A DNA stretch of 64,000 bases. Source: Camelus ferus. Its lineage: Eukaryota. Of the stretch, positions 1 through 11,074 are shown in pieces. The translations under genes and the position numbers were made by a program. The stretch spans positions 41,294,001 to 41,358,000 of the forward strand of contig NC_045696.1 in NCBI RefSeq assembly GCF_009834535.1, given 5' to 3'. Each line of letters starts with the position of its first letter. Position 1 is the first letter of the stretch. A model generated the notes under the pieces. It saw only the letters and a list, made by a program, of their open reading frames with translations. It was not told where the DNA came from and made no database searches.

Positions 1-34
1 AAAGCACTTGCGGAAGGTCAGAAAGCGGCATTAC

Positions 35-94
35 CAAATGCTGTCGCTGGGGCCTCTTTTATAGGAGTAACTGGTTCAAAGACTGTAGCTGGAA
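35..94 (-). CDS. ABI3BP: ABI3BP repeat exon D, copy 1: VPATVFEPVTPIKEAPATAF
   Basis: 60 nt; acceptor tttttggtcag, donor gtaatg. Confidence 0.86.
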
Positions 95-743
95 CTGACC
101 AAAAATAACAACAGTAAAAAATGAAATATTAAACATTTATACAATCTCAGACGGGACATGGTGTATCTGCTCTCGGGTACCAATTTATCCCTTAGGAAGG
201 GTTGTCTTTGTACTCAGATAACTGTCCCTGAGAAGTGCCCCAGAAGTTCACATTCTGTGATGATCCCCGTCTAAGTAATGGGCCAAAGTAGACATACCCA
301 TCTTGCCAAAAACTCATCTTTGGAAAGAGATCATGAACTTGGCCCATCTGGGGTCCTTAAGAGAAGACGATAAGGGGCAGCCATTCATTCTGTGGTGCAG
401 CCGTATCCCTCTGCCTTACCCCAGGGAAAGCGTATGGGGTATGGATACTGATGATGCTCACGTGAAACCCAAAGTTCTAAGTCCAGTAGTAAAATTCACT
501 TTTCAACTGGTTCTATGAACCCACTGAGATGCAGGAGTGTCAATAAAATATTCTGATTAGTACTTAGAAACCTGAGAGCCTTTATCAGTCAGAGAAGCCT
601 CTGTCTCCCCTCACTGGTCTCCTCTCATGTCCTTGTCTTTCTGATATACTTCATCCTTCATTCTCTGGTTACCAAATATAGAGTGACTTCATGGCTCAAG
701 TCGTTCCTAACTCTTCTGGCCAACCCTGACTGTTTCTTTAAAC

Positions 744-934
744 CAAACATTGACAGACTCTGGCCCTGAGGCCAAAACTTGCCCATGGCTTGTTTTCATA
801 CAGCCCATTTCTATCTTTAATTTGTTGTTTAAAAAAAAAAAAAAAAGAGAAAAAATGCATCAGAGACTATTTGGGCCTCAAATCCCCAATATTGACTAGT
901 CTTGCCCTTTACAGACAATACTTGCCAACTCCTG
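744..934 (+). mobile_element. MER58-family hAT-Charlie MITE (in unit copy 1)
   Basis: 3' end ...ttgccctttacagacaatacttgccaactcctg resembles the recalled MER58 terminus. Confidence 0.65.
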
Positions 935-1190
935 CCCTAGGGCTGTACCATGAGTTATACACCACAAATATATCACCCTGCAGATACATATTCTTAACTA
1001 AGTTCCTACTTGACTCTCTTAAAAACCAATGAGTTTTTTTTCTAACACTTTTCAATACATTAAGAGGTAAATAAGTGACAATTGACAAGAACATAAGATT
1101 CTCAAGAAGCAGAAGATGAGGTTATGACGGTGATGAAATGGGTCTGAAATGAGCAGAAGCAGATGCTGACAGACATATTGTGTCATTTAC

Positions 1191-1250
1191 CTACTGTCGT
1201 CCCAGGAGCCTCGGTCCTAAGAATACCTGGTTCAGGGATTGTGGCAGGAA
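1191..1250 (-). CDS. ABI3BP: ABI3BP repeat exon B, copy 1: VPATIPEPGILRTEAPGTTV
   Basis: 60 nt; acceptor ttttgatcag, donor gtaaat. Confidence 0.86.
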   Translation of the reverse strand, partial: FLPQSLNQVFLGPRLLGRQ

Positions 1251-2208
1251 CTGATCAAAAGTAATCAAAGAAATCAAAGAGATTTTTGTGAATGCATGGA
1301 ATGTCAGCAAAGTCATCCTACCGGTAACAATAATGCTTCTAAGGGAGAAGGGGGAGGGGGAGGATGGATGACACACAAAAGCTGTAACACCAAGAGGCAG
1401 GAACTCTGGGGAGGTGGGTGGTGATGGGGACGAGGGGGTTATCCTGGGTTCTGTCCTCCACACATAGAACAGAGCTGAAAAGAAGCCTAGACGCTACTAA
1501 GAGACTAAGTCCTTAGTGAAAACAGTGGCATTTAATATATTAAGGTAAGAAACATCATCTCATATTGTGGTATCATATTCTAGGCATTCTTCATATTCTA
1601 GGCATCTTCAGTTCTAAGCAGAGAAAAAGCAGGGGACTGGGTAGAAGTAAGGATCACTGAAGCCCACTGGATCACACTGGAGCTCTTAAGAGGACATCCC
1701 AATCCCCTTTAATTCACCCTACAGGCCCATTCAATAGATGTGTATCAACAAGTCACCCTCTGTCTGGGACACCAGCTTCCTTCAGCACATTCCCTGTTCC
1801 CTCATCCCTCCACTCATTCAGATTTTGTACTGATTTTTTCCTAATTATCTGTGATCTTTTCCTGCTCCAAATACTGCACTTCTAGCATAAGCATTTGGAC
1901 TACTTGAGAAATCATCTTACATTTGTATCAATGTGCTGCCATATGTTATTTTCTACCCGTTTATACCAGAAAGGCTTTTGTTTACAACTATAGTAGGAAA
2001 TGGTAGGGAAAGAAAACATAATGCCTACTTCTATGTGTCTCACAGCTGCTAATATGGTTATGAGGATACAGAAGGGTTTACTAATGAGAGTGGCTTTTAC
2101 TATTAAGGGATATATAACATAAAGACCTGTACCAATTATGTGCTTAGAATTTAGGGTCCCAACTAAGGTAGAGGCTTGGATTCCTTAACCCAGAAACCAC
2201 ATATTTAC

Positions 2209-2298
2209 CCAGTTTGGTGTGAGGTACTTCTGGACGGGGTGTGGTTTTAGCTTTGGGACGTGGACGACGGGGTCTCTTTGTTGTTGTTGTTGTTGGCG
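2209..2298 (-). CDS. ABI3BP: ABI3BP repeat exon A, copy 1: APTTTTTKRPRRPRPKAKTTPRPEVPHTKL
   Basis: 90 nt; canonical sites; inside supplied ORF 2144..2326. Confidence 0.88.
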
Positions 2299-3511
2299 CT
2301 GAAGGAAGAAAATTTAGGGTTAACATGGTGCTGTACGGCTCCGTTAACTCTGAGCGAGTGGTGTAACTGGGCTCTAAGCTTTCTAAGACTGGCCGGAGTT
2401 TCCTTGATCAGGAGACAACTTTGGTTCTTGGGTTTGTACTTTTCCTCTTTAGTATTCTGATAGGTTTTCTTTTATAACTGGGAATTGTCTAGAGATTAAA
2501 AATTACATTAAAAAAAGTTCAAGATCACTGTGAAGCCAAAAATCACTTCACCATTCGCTCCCTGGGGGTGTATGGTGTTACATATTCAACCAGTGACAGG
2601 CTACCAGGCTTCTCAACCCAGGAGCCTGCTTTGGTCTGTTGCATCTCAGCCACACCGGCACATGGAGTGGTTTTAAGTATGTGTTGTGAATGATATGTCC
2701 ACTGGGATGCTTTTGCAAGTAGAAAAAGATAAAGTCTAGTTACTTTAAAGCTTACACTTCCGCAAACTACAGGTTTTTAAAAAAAACTTTAAGTTTTCCA
2801 AAGCTTGATAGATTTTCCTCTGTTTCATAAAATGTATCTTTCTCAACTGAAAAGTTTGCCCCTACCGTGCTATTACACCTTCCTTTGGTTTTGAGGCATT
2901 GTGGGGACAAAGCTGACATATAAAATGAAGTTATTAATTCAGATAGTCAAGATTGGCATTTTTATCATGCTCTAGAGGTCTCTGACTGCATTAAAAAGTT
3001 AATCATTTCTAAACTAAGGTGGACAGTAAGGGGGAGTCAGATTCAACTTAAGGATGGTGCTTACTATTTAAACTTCTTAGCCTTGATCACATTGTCTTTT
3101 AGACAATTCACTGAAAACATATTACCCAAATGTTTAACTTAACAACAACAACAACAAAAAACAGATAGAGAAAAAAGACAGGTGTACAATGGATGGGTAA
3201 AAAGTACCCTGTCACAGGCTGGATGGCACAGATCAGGATCAGGGTTCTCCTAAACACATAAAATTTACCTGACAAGAGAATTCTGGTTGAGCTAAGAACA
3301 TTAAGTGGCATGAAAAAAAATTTAAATAACTTAATAGGGCGTAAGTATCCCAAACTATATCTGGGCCTGGCTCCCTTTAGAACAAGAGGTAACTTGCTTT
3401 ATGCATGTTTAACTCATAAGATAATTTAACTGAACTGCAATGGAGAGGCAAGGACAGAAGTTTGGTAAAGAGCAGAAAAAGCACTTGCGGAAGGTCAGAA
3501 AGCGGCATTAC

Positions 3512-3559
3512 CAAATGCTGTCGCTGGAGCCTCTTTTATAGGAGTAACTGGTTCAAAGA
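3512..3559 (-). CDS. ABI3BP: ABI3BP repeat exon D, copy 2 (in frame only as the 48-nt form VFEPVTPIKEAPATAF)
   Basis: Donor gtaatg intact; the homologous acceptor (exon start 3569) gives 58 nt and a stop; the internal tttgctatag acceptor gives an in-frame 48 nt exon. Confidence 0.55.
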
Positions 3560-4222
3560 CTATAGCAAACTGACTGATAATAATAATAATTAAAATATAA
3601 AGTGTTACACATTTATACAGTCTCAGAGGGACGTGGTTTATCCGCACTCAGGTACCATTTATTCCTTAGGAGGGGTTGTCTTTATACTCAGACAACTGTG
3701 CCCTGGGAAGTGTCCCGGGAGTTCTTCATTCTGTGATGATGCTTGTCTAAGTAGTGGACCAAAGTAGACCTACCCATCTTGCCAAAAACTCATCTTTGGA
3801 AAGAGATCATGAACTTGGCCCAACTAGGGTTCTCAACTGAACAAGATAAGGGGCAGCCATGCGGTCTGCTGGCGCAGCCGTATCCCCCTGTTCCTCCCCA
3901 AGGAAAAGCCGACCAGGTGTGGATACTGACGATTCTTATGTGAAAACTCAAAGTTCTAAGTCCAACAGGAAAAATTCCTTTTAAACTAGTCCTATGAACC
4001 CTGAGCTGCAGGAGCTTCAGTAAAAATGTTTCGATGAGCATGTAGAAGCCTCAGAGCCTTTTATCAGTCAGAGAAACCTCTGTCTCCCCTCACTGGTCTC
4101 CTCTCATGTACTGTCTCTCTGACCTTCTTCAGTCCCCATCTCCTAGTCAACCAAATCTATGGTGATTTCAATGCTCAAGTCCTTCCTAACTCTTCTGGCC
4201 AACCCTGACTGTTTCCTTAAAC

Positions 4223-4414
4223 CAAACATTGACAGACTCTGGCCCTGAGGCCAAATCTTGTCCATGGCTTGTTTTCATACAGCCCATTTCCATTTCTAAG
4301 CGGTTGTTAAAAAGAAAAACCAAAAGAAAAAAATGTGCATCAGAGACATTTTGGGCCACAAAGCCCCCAATATTGACTGTCTTGCCCTATACAGACAATA
4401 CTTGCCAACTCCTG
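4223..4414 (+). mobile_element. MER58-family MITE (in unit copy 2)
   Basis: Paralog of 744-934. Confidence 0.65.
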
Positions 4415-4675
4415 CCCTAGGGCTGTACCATGAGTTATACACCACAAATGCATCACCCTGCAGATACATATTCTCAACTAAGTTCCTACTTGACTCTCTT
4501 CAAAAACCAATGAGTTGTTTTTTTAACACTTTTCAATACATTGAGAGGTAAATAAGTGACAATTGACAAGTTCACAAGATTCTCATGAAGCAGGAGAAGA
4601 TGAGGTTATGACAGGTGATGAAATGGGTCTGAAATGAGCAGAAGCAGATGCTGACGGACATAATGTGTCATTTAC

Positions 4676-4736
4676 CTACTGTCGTCCCAGGAGCCTCGGT
4701 CCTAAGAATACCTGGTTCAGGGACTTGTGGCAGGAA
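4676..4736 (-). pseudogene. ABI3BP: ABI3BP repeat exon B, copy 2, frameshifted (61 nt; real or assembly error)
   Basis: One extra base (c at 4724) relative to copies 1 and 3; reads VPATSP* if included. Confidence 0.6.
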
Positions 4737-5706
4737 CTGATCAAAAGTAATTCAAAGAAATCAAAGAGATTTTTGTGAATGCATGAAATGTCAGCAAAGT
4801 CATCCTACCGGTAACAATAATGCTTCTAAGGGAGAAGGGGGAGGGGGAGGATGGATGACACACAAAAGCTGTAACACCAAGAGGCAGGAACTCTGGAGGG
4901 GGAAGGGGTGGTGATGGGGACGAGGGGGTTATCCTGGGTTCTGTCCTCCACTCATAGATCAGAAAGCTGAAAAGAAGCCCAGACTCTACTCACTAGGTGA
5001 CTAAGTCCTTAGTGAAAACAGTGGCATTTAATATATTCAGGCAAGAAATAACCTCTCAGATTGTGGTATCACAGTGGACTCGGCATCTCCAGTGCTAAGC
5101 AGAGCAAAAGCAGGGGCCTGGCTAGAAGTAAGGATCACTGAAGCCCACTGGATCTCACTTGAGCTCTTGAGTAGACATCCCAGCCCCCTTTAATTCACCC
5201 TACAGGCCTTACCAACAGGCGCACATCAACAAGTCATCCTCTGTCTGGGACGCCGGCTTCCTTCAGCACATTCCCTGTTTATTGAGTCTTGTTGCCTCAT
5301 CCTTCCACTCATCCAAATTCTGTACTAATTTCTCCTAATTATCCTGGATCTTTTCCCTCTCCAAGTACTTATTCTACTTCTAGCATAAGATTTGGACTAT
5401 TTGAGACATTATCTTACATTTGTATCAACATGCTGCCTTATGCTATTTTCTACCTGTTTACAAAAGATACAGCTTTTGTTTACAACTATAGCACAAAATG
5501 ATAGGGAAAGAAAACATAATGCCTACTTTTGATGTGTCTCCCAGCTGCCTATATGGTTATGTGGATATAGAAGGGTTTAATAGTAAGAGTACGTTTTACC
5601 ATTAAGAATGTATAGTATAAAGACCGGTATCAATTATGTGCTTAGAATTTAGGGTCCCAACTGAGGTAGAGGCTTGGATTCCTTAACCCAGAAACCACAT
5701 ATTTAC

Positions 5707-5802
5707 CCAGTTTGGTCTGAGGTACTTCTGGATGGGGTGTGGTTTTAGTTTTGGGACGTGGACGACGGGGTCTCTTTGTTGTTGTTGTTGTTGTTGTTGG
5801 CG
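5707..5802 (-). CDS. ABI3BP: ABI3BP repeat exon A, copy 2: APTTTTTTTKRPRRPRPKTKTTPHPEVPQTKL
   Basis: 96 nt; canonical sites; inside supplied ORF 5642..5872. Confidence 0.88.
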
Positions 5803-7015
5803 CTGAAGGAAGAAAATTTAGGATTAATATGGTGCTGATGGCTCCATTAACTTGAATAGAATGATGTAACATGGCTCTAAGCTTTCTAAAACTGGCTGGA
5901 GTTTCTTTGAGTGGAGACAGCTTTGTTACTTCAGTTTGATATGTTCCTCTTTAACAGATTGAAAGGTGTTCCTTTATAATTAAGAATACTTTAGACATTA
6001 AGAGTTACATTAAAGTTATGTTTAAGATGATTGTGAAGCCACAAATTTCTTTACAGTTGCTCCCTGGGGGTGTATGGTGGTACATTTTCAGCCAGTGACA
6101 GGCTACCAGGCTTCTCAAACCAAGGACCCTGCTTTGGTCTGGTGTGGTCCCAGCTACACCTGGACTTGTGGTGGTTTTAGGTTTGTGTTGTGAATTATAC
6201 GTCCACTGGGAAGTTTTTGGAAGTAGCGACGATAAAGTTTAGTTCCTTAAAGCTTATGCTTCTGCAAATACTAGGTTTTTTTAAAAAAAATCTTTAAGTT
6301 TTCCAAAGCTTGGTAGATTTCAGTCTGCTTCAGGAAATGTAAGTTCCTAGTCTGAAAAGTTTGCCCCTACCCTGCTGCTGTATCTTCCTTTCATATTGGA
6401 AGTATTTTGGGGACAAAGTTGACATATAAAATGAAGTTAATTCAGAAAGTCAGAATTGGTGTTTTTATCACATTCTAGATGTCTCTGACTGCATTAAAAA
6501 GGTTAAGAACCATCTAAACTATGGTGGAGGATAAGGGCAGTCAGATTCACCTTAACACAGGGGCTTACTATGTAAACTTATTAGACTTGATCATATTATC
6601 TGTTAGACAATTCACTGAAAACATACTACCCAAATGTTTAAACAACAACAAAAACAGGCACATAAAAAAAGAGGCTGGTGTACAAAGGATGTATACAGCT
6701 ACTTCCCTGTCATGGGCTGATTAGCACAGGTCAGGATCAGAGTTCTCCTAAACAGATAAAATTTACCTTAACACAAACCTCTGCTTTAGCTAAAAATAGT
6801 AAGTGGCAGTGAAAATTTTTAAGCAATTTAAAGGTGAGGAAAATATCCCTTGCTAGATTCAGGTATGGCTCTCTTTAGTACTAGAGGTAACTTTTTTTTA
6901 ATGCATGTTTGACTCACAAGAAAAAGAACAGTAACTGAACAGCAATGGAGTGGAAAGAGCAGAAGTTTGGCAACGAGCAGAAAAAGCACTTGCTGAAACC
7001 AGAAAGCGGCATTAC

Positions 7016-7075
7016 CAAATGCTGTCGCTGGGGCCTCTTTTATAGGAGTAACTGGTTCAAAGACTGTAGCTAGAA
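7016..7075 (-). CDS. ABI3BP: ABI3BP repeat exon D, copy 3: VLATVFEPVTPIKEAPATAF
   Basis: 60 nt; acceptor ttttggttag, donor gtaatg. Confidence 0.85.
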
Positions 7076-7686
7076 CTAACCAAAAAGAAAAGAAATGTTA
7101 AACATTTATACAGTCTCAGAGGGACCCGGTTTATTTGCACTCAGGTACCATTTATCCCCTAGGAGGGGTTGTCTTCGTACTCAGATAACTGTCCCTGAGA
7201 AGGGCCCCAGAAGTTCACAATCTGTGATGGTCCTCGTCTAAGTAATGGACCAAAGTAGATGTACCCGTCTTGCCAAAATACTCCTCTTTGGAAAGAGACC
7301 ATGAACTTAGCCCAACTAAGGATCCTTAAGAGAGGCAGCCATTTGGTCCGTATCCTTCTGTCCCTCCACCAGGGAAAGCCTACCGGCTACTGGATACTGA
7401 TGATTCTCCTATGAAAGTCAAAGTCCTAAGTCCAACAGGAAAAATTCCTTTTCAACTAGTCCTGTGAGCCCAGTCAGCTACAGGAGCTTCAATGTTCTGA
7501 TGAGCATGTAGAAGCCCGAGATCGTTTATCGGTCAGAGAAGACTCTGTCTGCCCTCACTAGTCTCCTGTCACTTCTTGTCTTTCAGACCTTCTTCATCCC
7601 CTATCCTGCAGTCAAACAAACCTACAGTGATTTCGTGCTCAAGTCTTTCCTAACTATGCTGGCCCACGCTCATTATTTCTTCAACC

Positions 7687-7880
7687 CAGGGGTTGACAAA
7701 CTATGGCTCAGAGGCAAAATCTTGCCCATAGTTTGTTCGCATATTTCCCATTTACATTTTTAAGTGTTCATTCTAAAAACAAAGGGAAATGAGAGAAAAA
7801 TGTGTTAAGAGACTGTCTGGGCCACAAAGCCCCCAGTATTGACGACGTTGCCCTTTGTAGACAATACTTGCCAACTCCTG
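7687..7880 (+). mobile_element. MER58-family MITE (in unit copy 3)
   Basis: Terminal inverted repeats caggggttgacaaac ... ttgccaactcctg; best-preserved copy. Confidence 0.75.
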
Positions 7881-8219
7881 CCCTAGGGCTGTACCATGAC
7901 TTACACAACTTTTACAGATACCAAGAACAACCTCCAATTTGCCCAAACACAGGTTTCCTCTGTAGTTGTTTCAGTCTACCACACACATTCCATATTTAAA
8001 GCATGAATGCAACTGAAGGAGAAGCCAGTGAAGCAGACACTGAGAGAGGGGACTGCAAGTCACACGCGGAAGGAGCTGGGCTACCACCTGAGACTCAGAC
8101 TGGGCTCCGGTTCGCTACTCCAGAGGGAAAGTGGCCGCTGACCCTGACTTGCCCCTTCCCCGTCTCTGGACCCCACTGGGATGGGCTCAGGATTCCTTCC
8201 CCAAGATCTACACAGTTAC

Positions 8220-8304
8220 CCAGTTCTGCCTGAGGTGCTTTAGGACTCAGTGTGGGTTTAGATTTGGGACGGTGGATGAAGAGGTCGACGAGGCACTTTG
8301 GGAG
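8220..8304 (-). pseudogene. ABI3BP: ABI3BP dead basic-type exon C (APKVPRRPLHP-fs-RPKSKPTLSPKAPQAEL)
   Basis: 85 nt (not 3n); acceptor reads ttcctttAT; donor gtaact intact; clearly paralogous to A-type exons. Confidence 0.8.
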
Positions 8305-9124
8305 ATAAAGGAAGAAAACTCAGGTTAATAGTGAGATTTTAGCTCCAGAAGCTGTGGAAAGGACTATACTTGTTATCATTTCTTGAGATTCAGGACATTT
8401 TTGTTTTGAATTTGAAATATTTCCCCCTCTTTTGATTTTGCCTCTTTGTACCATTTGTATTACTCTGGAAAGCAGAAATCCCACAGAAACATGGACTAAG
8501 GAAATCCTTACTGAGATTTCTGAAAGGAAAAAAGGTTACAAAAATCCACTTAACTGTGTTGATGGTAAGGAAAGCATAGGGTGACTTTACACAGATGATG
8601 GTGCTTTTATTTCCATTTCCTAGCCCTGGGCATATTTTCTACTTCACTCCTTACTGAAAAAAGACTGTATCAGGACTTAAAATGGCAAAATAAAGACAAT
8701 GCAGGTAGTGAACAGGTAGGAATCGAGACCTGCACAGGTGTCACGTCCCACTATAACAGCTGTGACAGTGTATTCAGCTCAGGTCAAGGACACACACCCC
8801 ACCCCGAGCCTCCACTGCCTATGTCTGAAACTCAGTAACACAGAATGTGATTAAAAGGTTAGCTGGGGGTGAGTGGCTACAAATTTAAATGCATCGCCTT
8901 GCAGATAAATATTCTCAACTAAGTTCCTACTTGACTCTCTTAAAAACCAATGAGCTTTTTTTCTTTAACACTTTTCAATACATTAAGAGGTAAATAAATG
9001 ACAATAGAGGATGACATATGAGTCTTGTGAAGCAGGAGAAGATGAGGTTATGATGGTGATGAAATGATGAAATGGGTCTGAAATGAGCAGAAGCAGATGC
9101 TGACGGACATAATGTGTCATTTAC

Positions 9125-9184
9125 CTACTGTCGTCCCAGGAGCCTCAGTCCTAAGAATACCTGGTTCACGGATTGTGGCAGGAA
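9125..9184 (-). CDS. ABI3BP: ABI3BP repeat exon B, copy 3: VPATIREPGILRTEAPGTTV
   Basis: 60 nt; acceptor ttttgatcag, donor gtaaat. Confidence 0.87.
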   Translation of the reverse strand, partial: FLPQSVNQVFLGLRLLGRQ

Positions 9185-10143
9185 CTGATCAAAAGTAATT
9201 AAAGAAATCAAAGAGATTTTTGTGAATGCATGAAATGTCAGCAAAGTCATCCTACCGGTAACAATAATGCTTCTAAGGGAGAAGGGGGAGGGGGAGGATG
9301 GATGACACACAAAAGCTGTAACACCAAGAGGCAGGAACTCTGGGGAAGGGGGGTGGTGATGGGGACGAGGGGGTTATCCTGGGTTCTGTCCTCCACACAT
9401 AGAACAGAGCTGAAAAGAAGCCCATACTCTACTCACTAGGTGACTAAGTCCTTAGTGAAAACAGTGGCATTTAATACATTAAGGTGAGAAACAACCTCTC
9501 AGATTGTGGTATCACAGTGGACTCGGCATCTCCAGTGCTAAGCAGAGCAAAAGCAGGGCCCTGGCTAGAAGTAAGGATCACTGAAGCCCACTGGATCACA
9601 CTTGAGCTCTTGAGTAGATATCCCAGCCCCTTTTAATTCATCCGAAGGGCCCATTCAGCAGATGTGTATCAACAAGTCATCCTCTGTCTGGGACGCCGGC
9701 TTCCTTCAGCACATTCCCTGTTTATTATGAGTCTTGTTGCCTCATCCTTCCACTCATCCAAATTCTGTACTAATTTTTTCCCCTAATTATCCTTGATCTT
9801 TTCCTGCTCCAAATACTTACTATATGTCTAGCATAAGCATTTGGACTATTTGAAAAATCATCTTACATTTGTATCAACATGCTGCCTTATGCTATTTTCC
9901 ACCTGTTTACACAGGAAAACCTTTTGTTTACAACTATAGTACAAAATGATAGGGAAAGAAAAGATAATTCCTACCTCTGTCTCCTAGCTGCTAATATGGT
10001 TATGTGGATATAGAAGAGTTTAATAGTAAGAGTAGCTTTTACCATTAAGAATATATAAGGCGTGTACTAATTTTATGCATAGAATTTAGGGTCCCAACTA
10101 GGGTAGAGGCTTGGATTCCTTAACCCCAAAGCCACATATTTAC

Positions 10144-10236
10144 CCAGTTTGGTCTGAGCTGCTTCTGGACGGGGTGTGGTTTTAGCTTTGGGACGTGGAC
10201 GACGGGGTCTCTTTGTTGTTGTTGTTGTTGTTGGCG
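10144..10236 (-). CDS. ABI3BP: ABI3BP repeat exon A, copy 3: APTTTTTTKRPRRPRPKAKTTPRPEAAQTKL
   Basis: 93 nt; acceptor ttcttccttcag, donor gtaaat. Confidence 0.9.
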
Positions 10237-11041
10237 CTGAAGGAAGAAAATTTACAATTAATACAGTGCTGATGGCTCCATTAACTCTGAATATTATATA
10301 TGTTCAGGATGATATAATACTGGCGCTAAGCTTCTAAAACCTGCCAGAATTCCTTGGAGTGGAGACAATTTTGTTACTTCAGTTTGAAATTTTCCCCTCT
10401 AATATATTAATAGGTTTTCTTTTCTAACTGAGAATGCTCTAGAGATTAAAAATTACATTACAGTTATGTTTAAGAAACGAAGATGAGAAATTATCAGCTT
10501 CTTGCAAGTGTCCCTGCATACAGATTACTGCCAAACTATGATGGTATGAGAGAAATTCACAGCATCTTAGATTATTCCCTTATAATTTAAAATAACTTAG
10601 ATTGGGCAAGTGTTCTACTTGGTAATTTATTAGAATAAGTACATAAAATTTGATGAAACATCACGTACATTAAAAAAAATTATGCAGTACTTAAAATCTA
10701 GAGATAAAGATGCCTGGAGAAACTCCATGGTATCATAACTGATACTGCATTGGTGGTCTAGGGATTTACGGAGAATTACATTTGGACCTCAGCTCTAGCA
10801 AACAGCGTTCTTTAAACAGAAACTCAGATTGACATGACGCAATTACAAGCGGGGAGATGGAGCAGATAGCTGTCTTGAATTTAGTCCATAGACATTAACA
10901 TTAGAAAGAAAGCCTTTTATATTTTAAGATGAATACAGCAACAGGATGACATCAAATTACGGCATCATCTCGGTGGTACCACAGGTAAGTCTGACAATAA
11001 ATACACAAGAGCACCTGCTGAAGGACATAAAGGATCATTAC

Positions 11042-11074
11042 CTAAAGATGTCTAAGGACTAATAGGTTCAAAGC
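11042..11074 (-). pseudogene. ABI3BP: ABI3BP 33-nt exon with in-frame stop: GFEPISP*TSL
   Basis: Intact acceptor (ttcttgccacag) and donor (gtaatg); TAG at 11052-11054 in the phase-1 frame. Confidence 0.72.

Larger units (their letters stand above)
1..3477. repeat. ~3.5 kb tandem duplication unit, copy 1 (exons D, B, A plus MER58)
   Basis: Begins aaagcacttgcggaaggtcagaaagcggcattacc, which recurs at 3478; colinear with copy 2 throughout. Confidence 0.95.
3478..6982. repeat. ~3.5 kb tandem duplication unit, copy 2
   Basis: Colinear with copy 1 along its whole length, including introns. Confidence 0.95.
6983..10473. repeat. Tandem duplication unit, copy 3 (has an extra ~1 kb segment with dead exon C; homology ends near 10473)
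   Basis: Matches copy 1 positions 1-960 and 965-2520; 7910-8886 is absent from copies 1 and 2. Confidence 0.92.

Noticed and set aside
1..10473. Recurring blocks as a CRISPR-like or mobile-element array
   Set aside because: The repeats are kb-scale exon-intron duplications in a eukaryotic gene, with no short repeat-spacer structure and no cas or transposase ORFs
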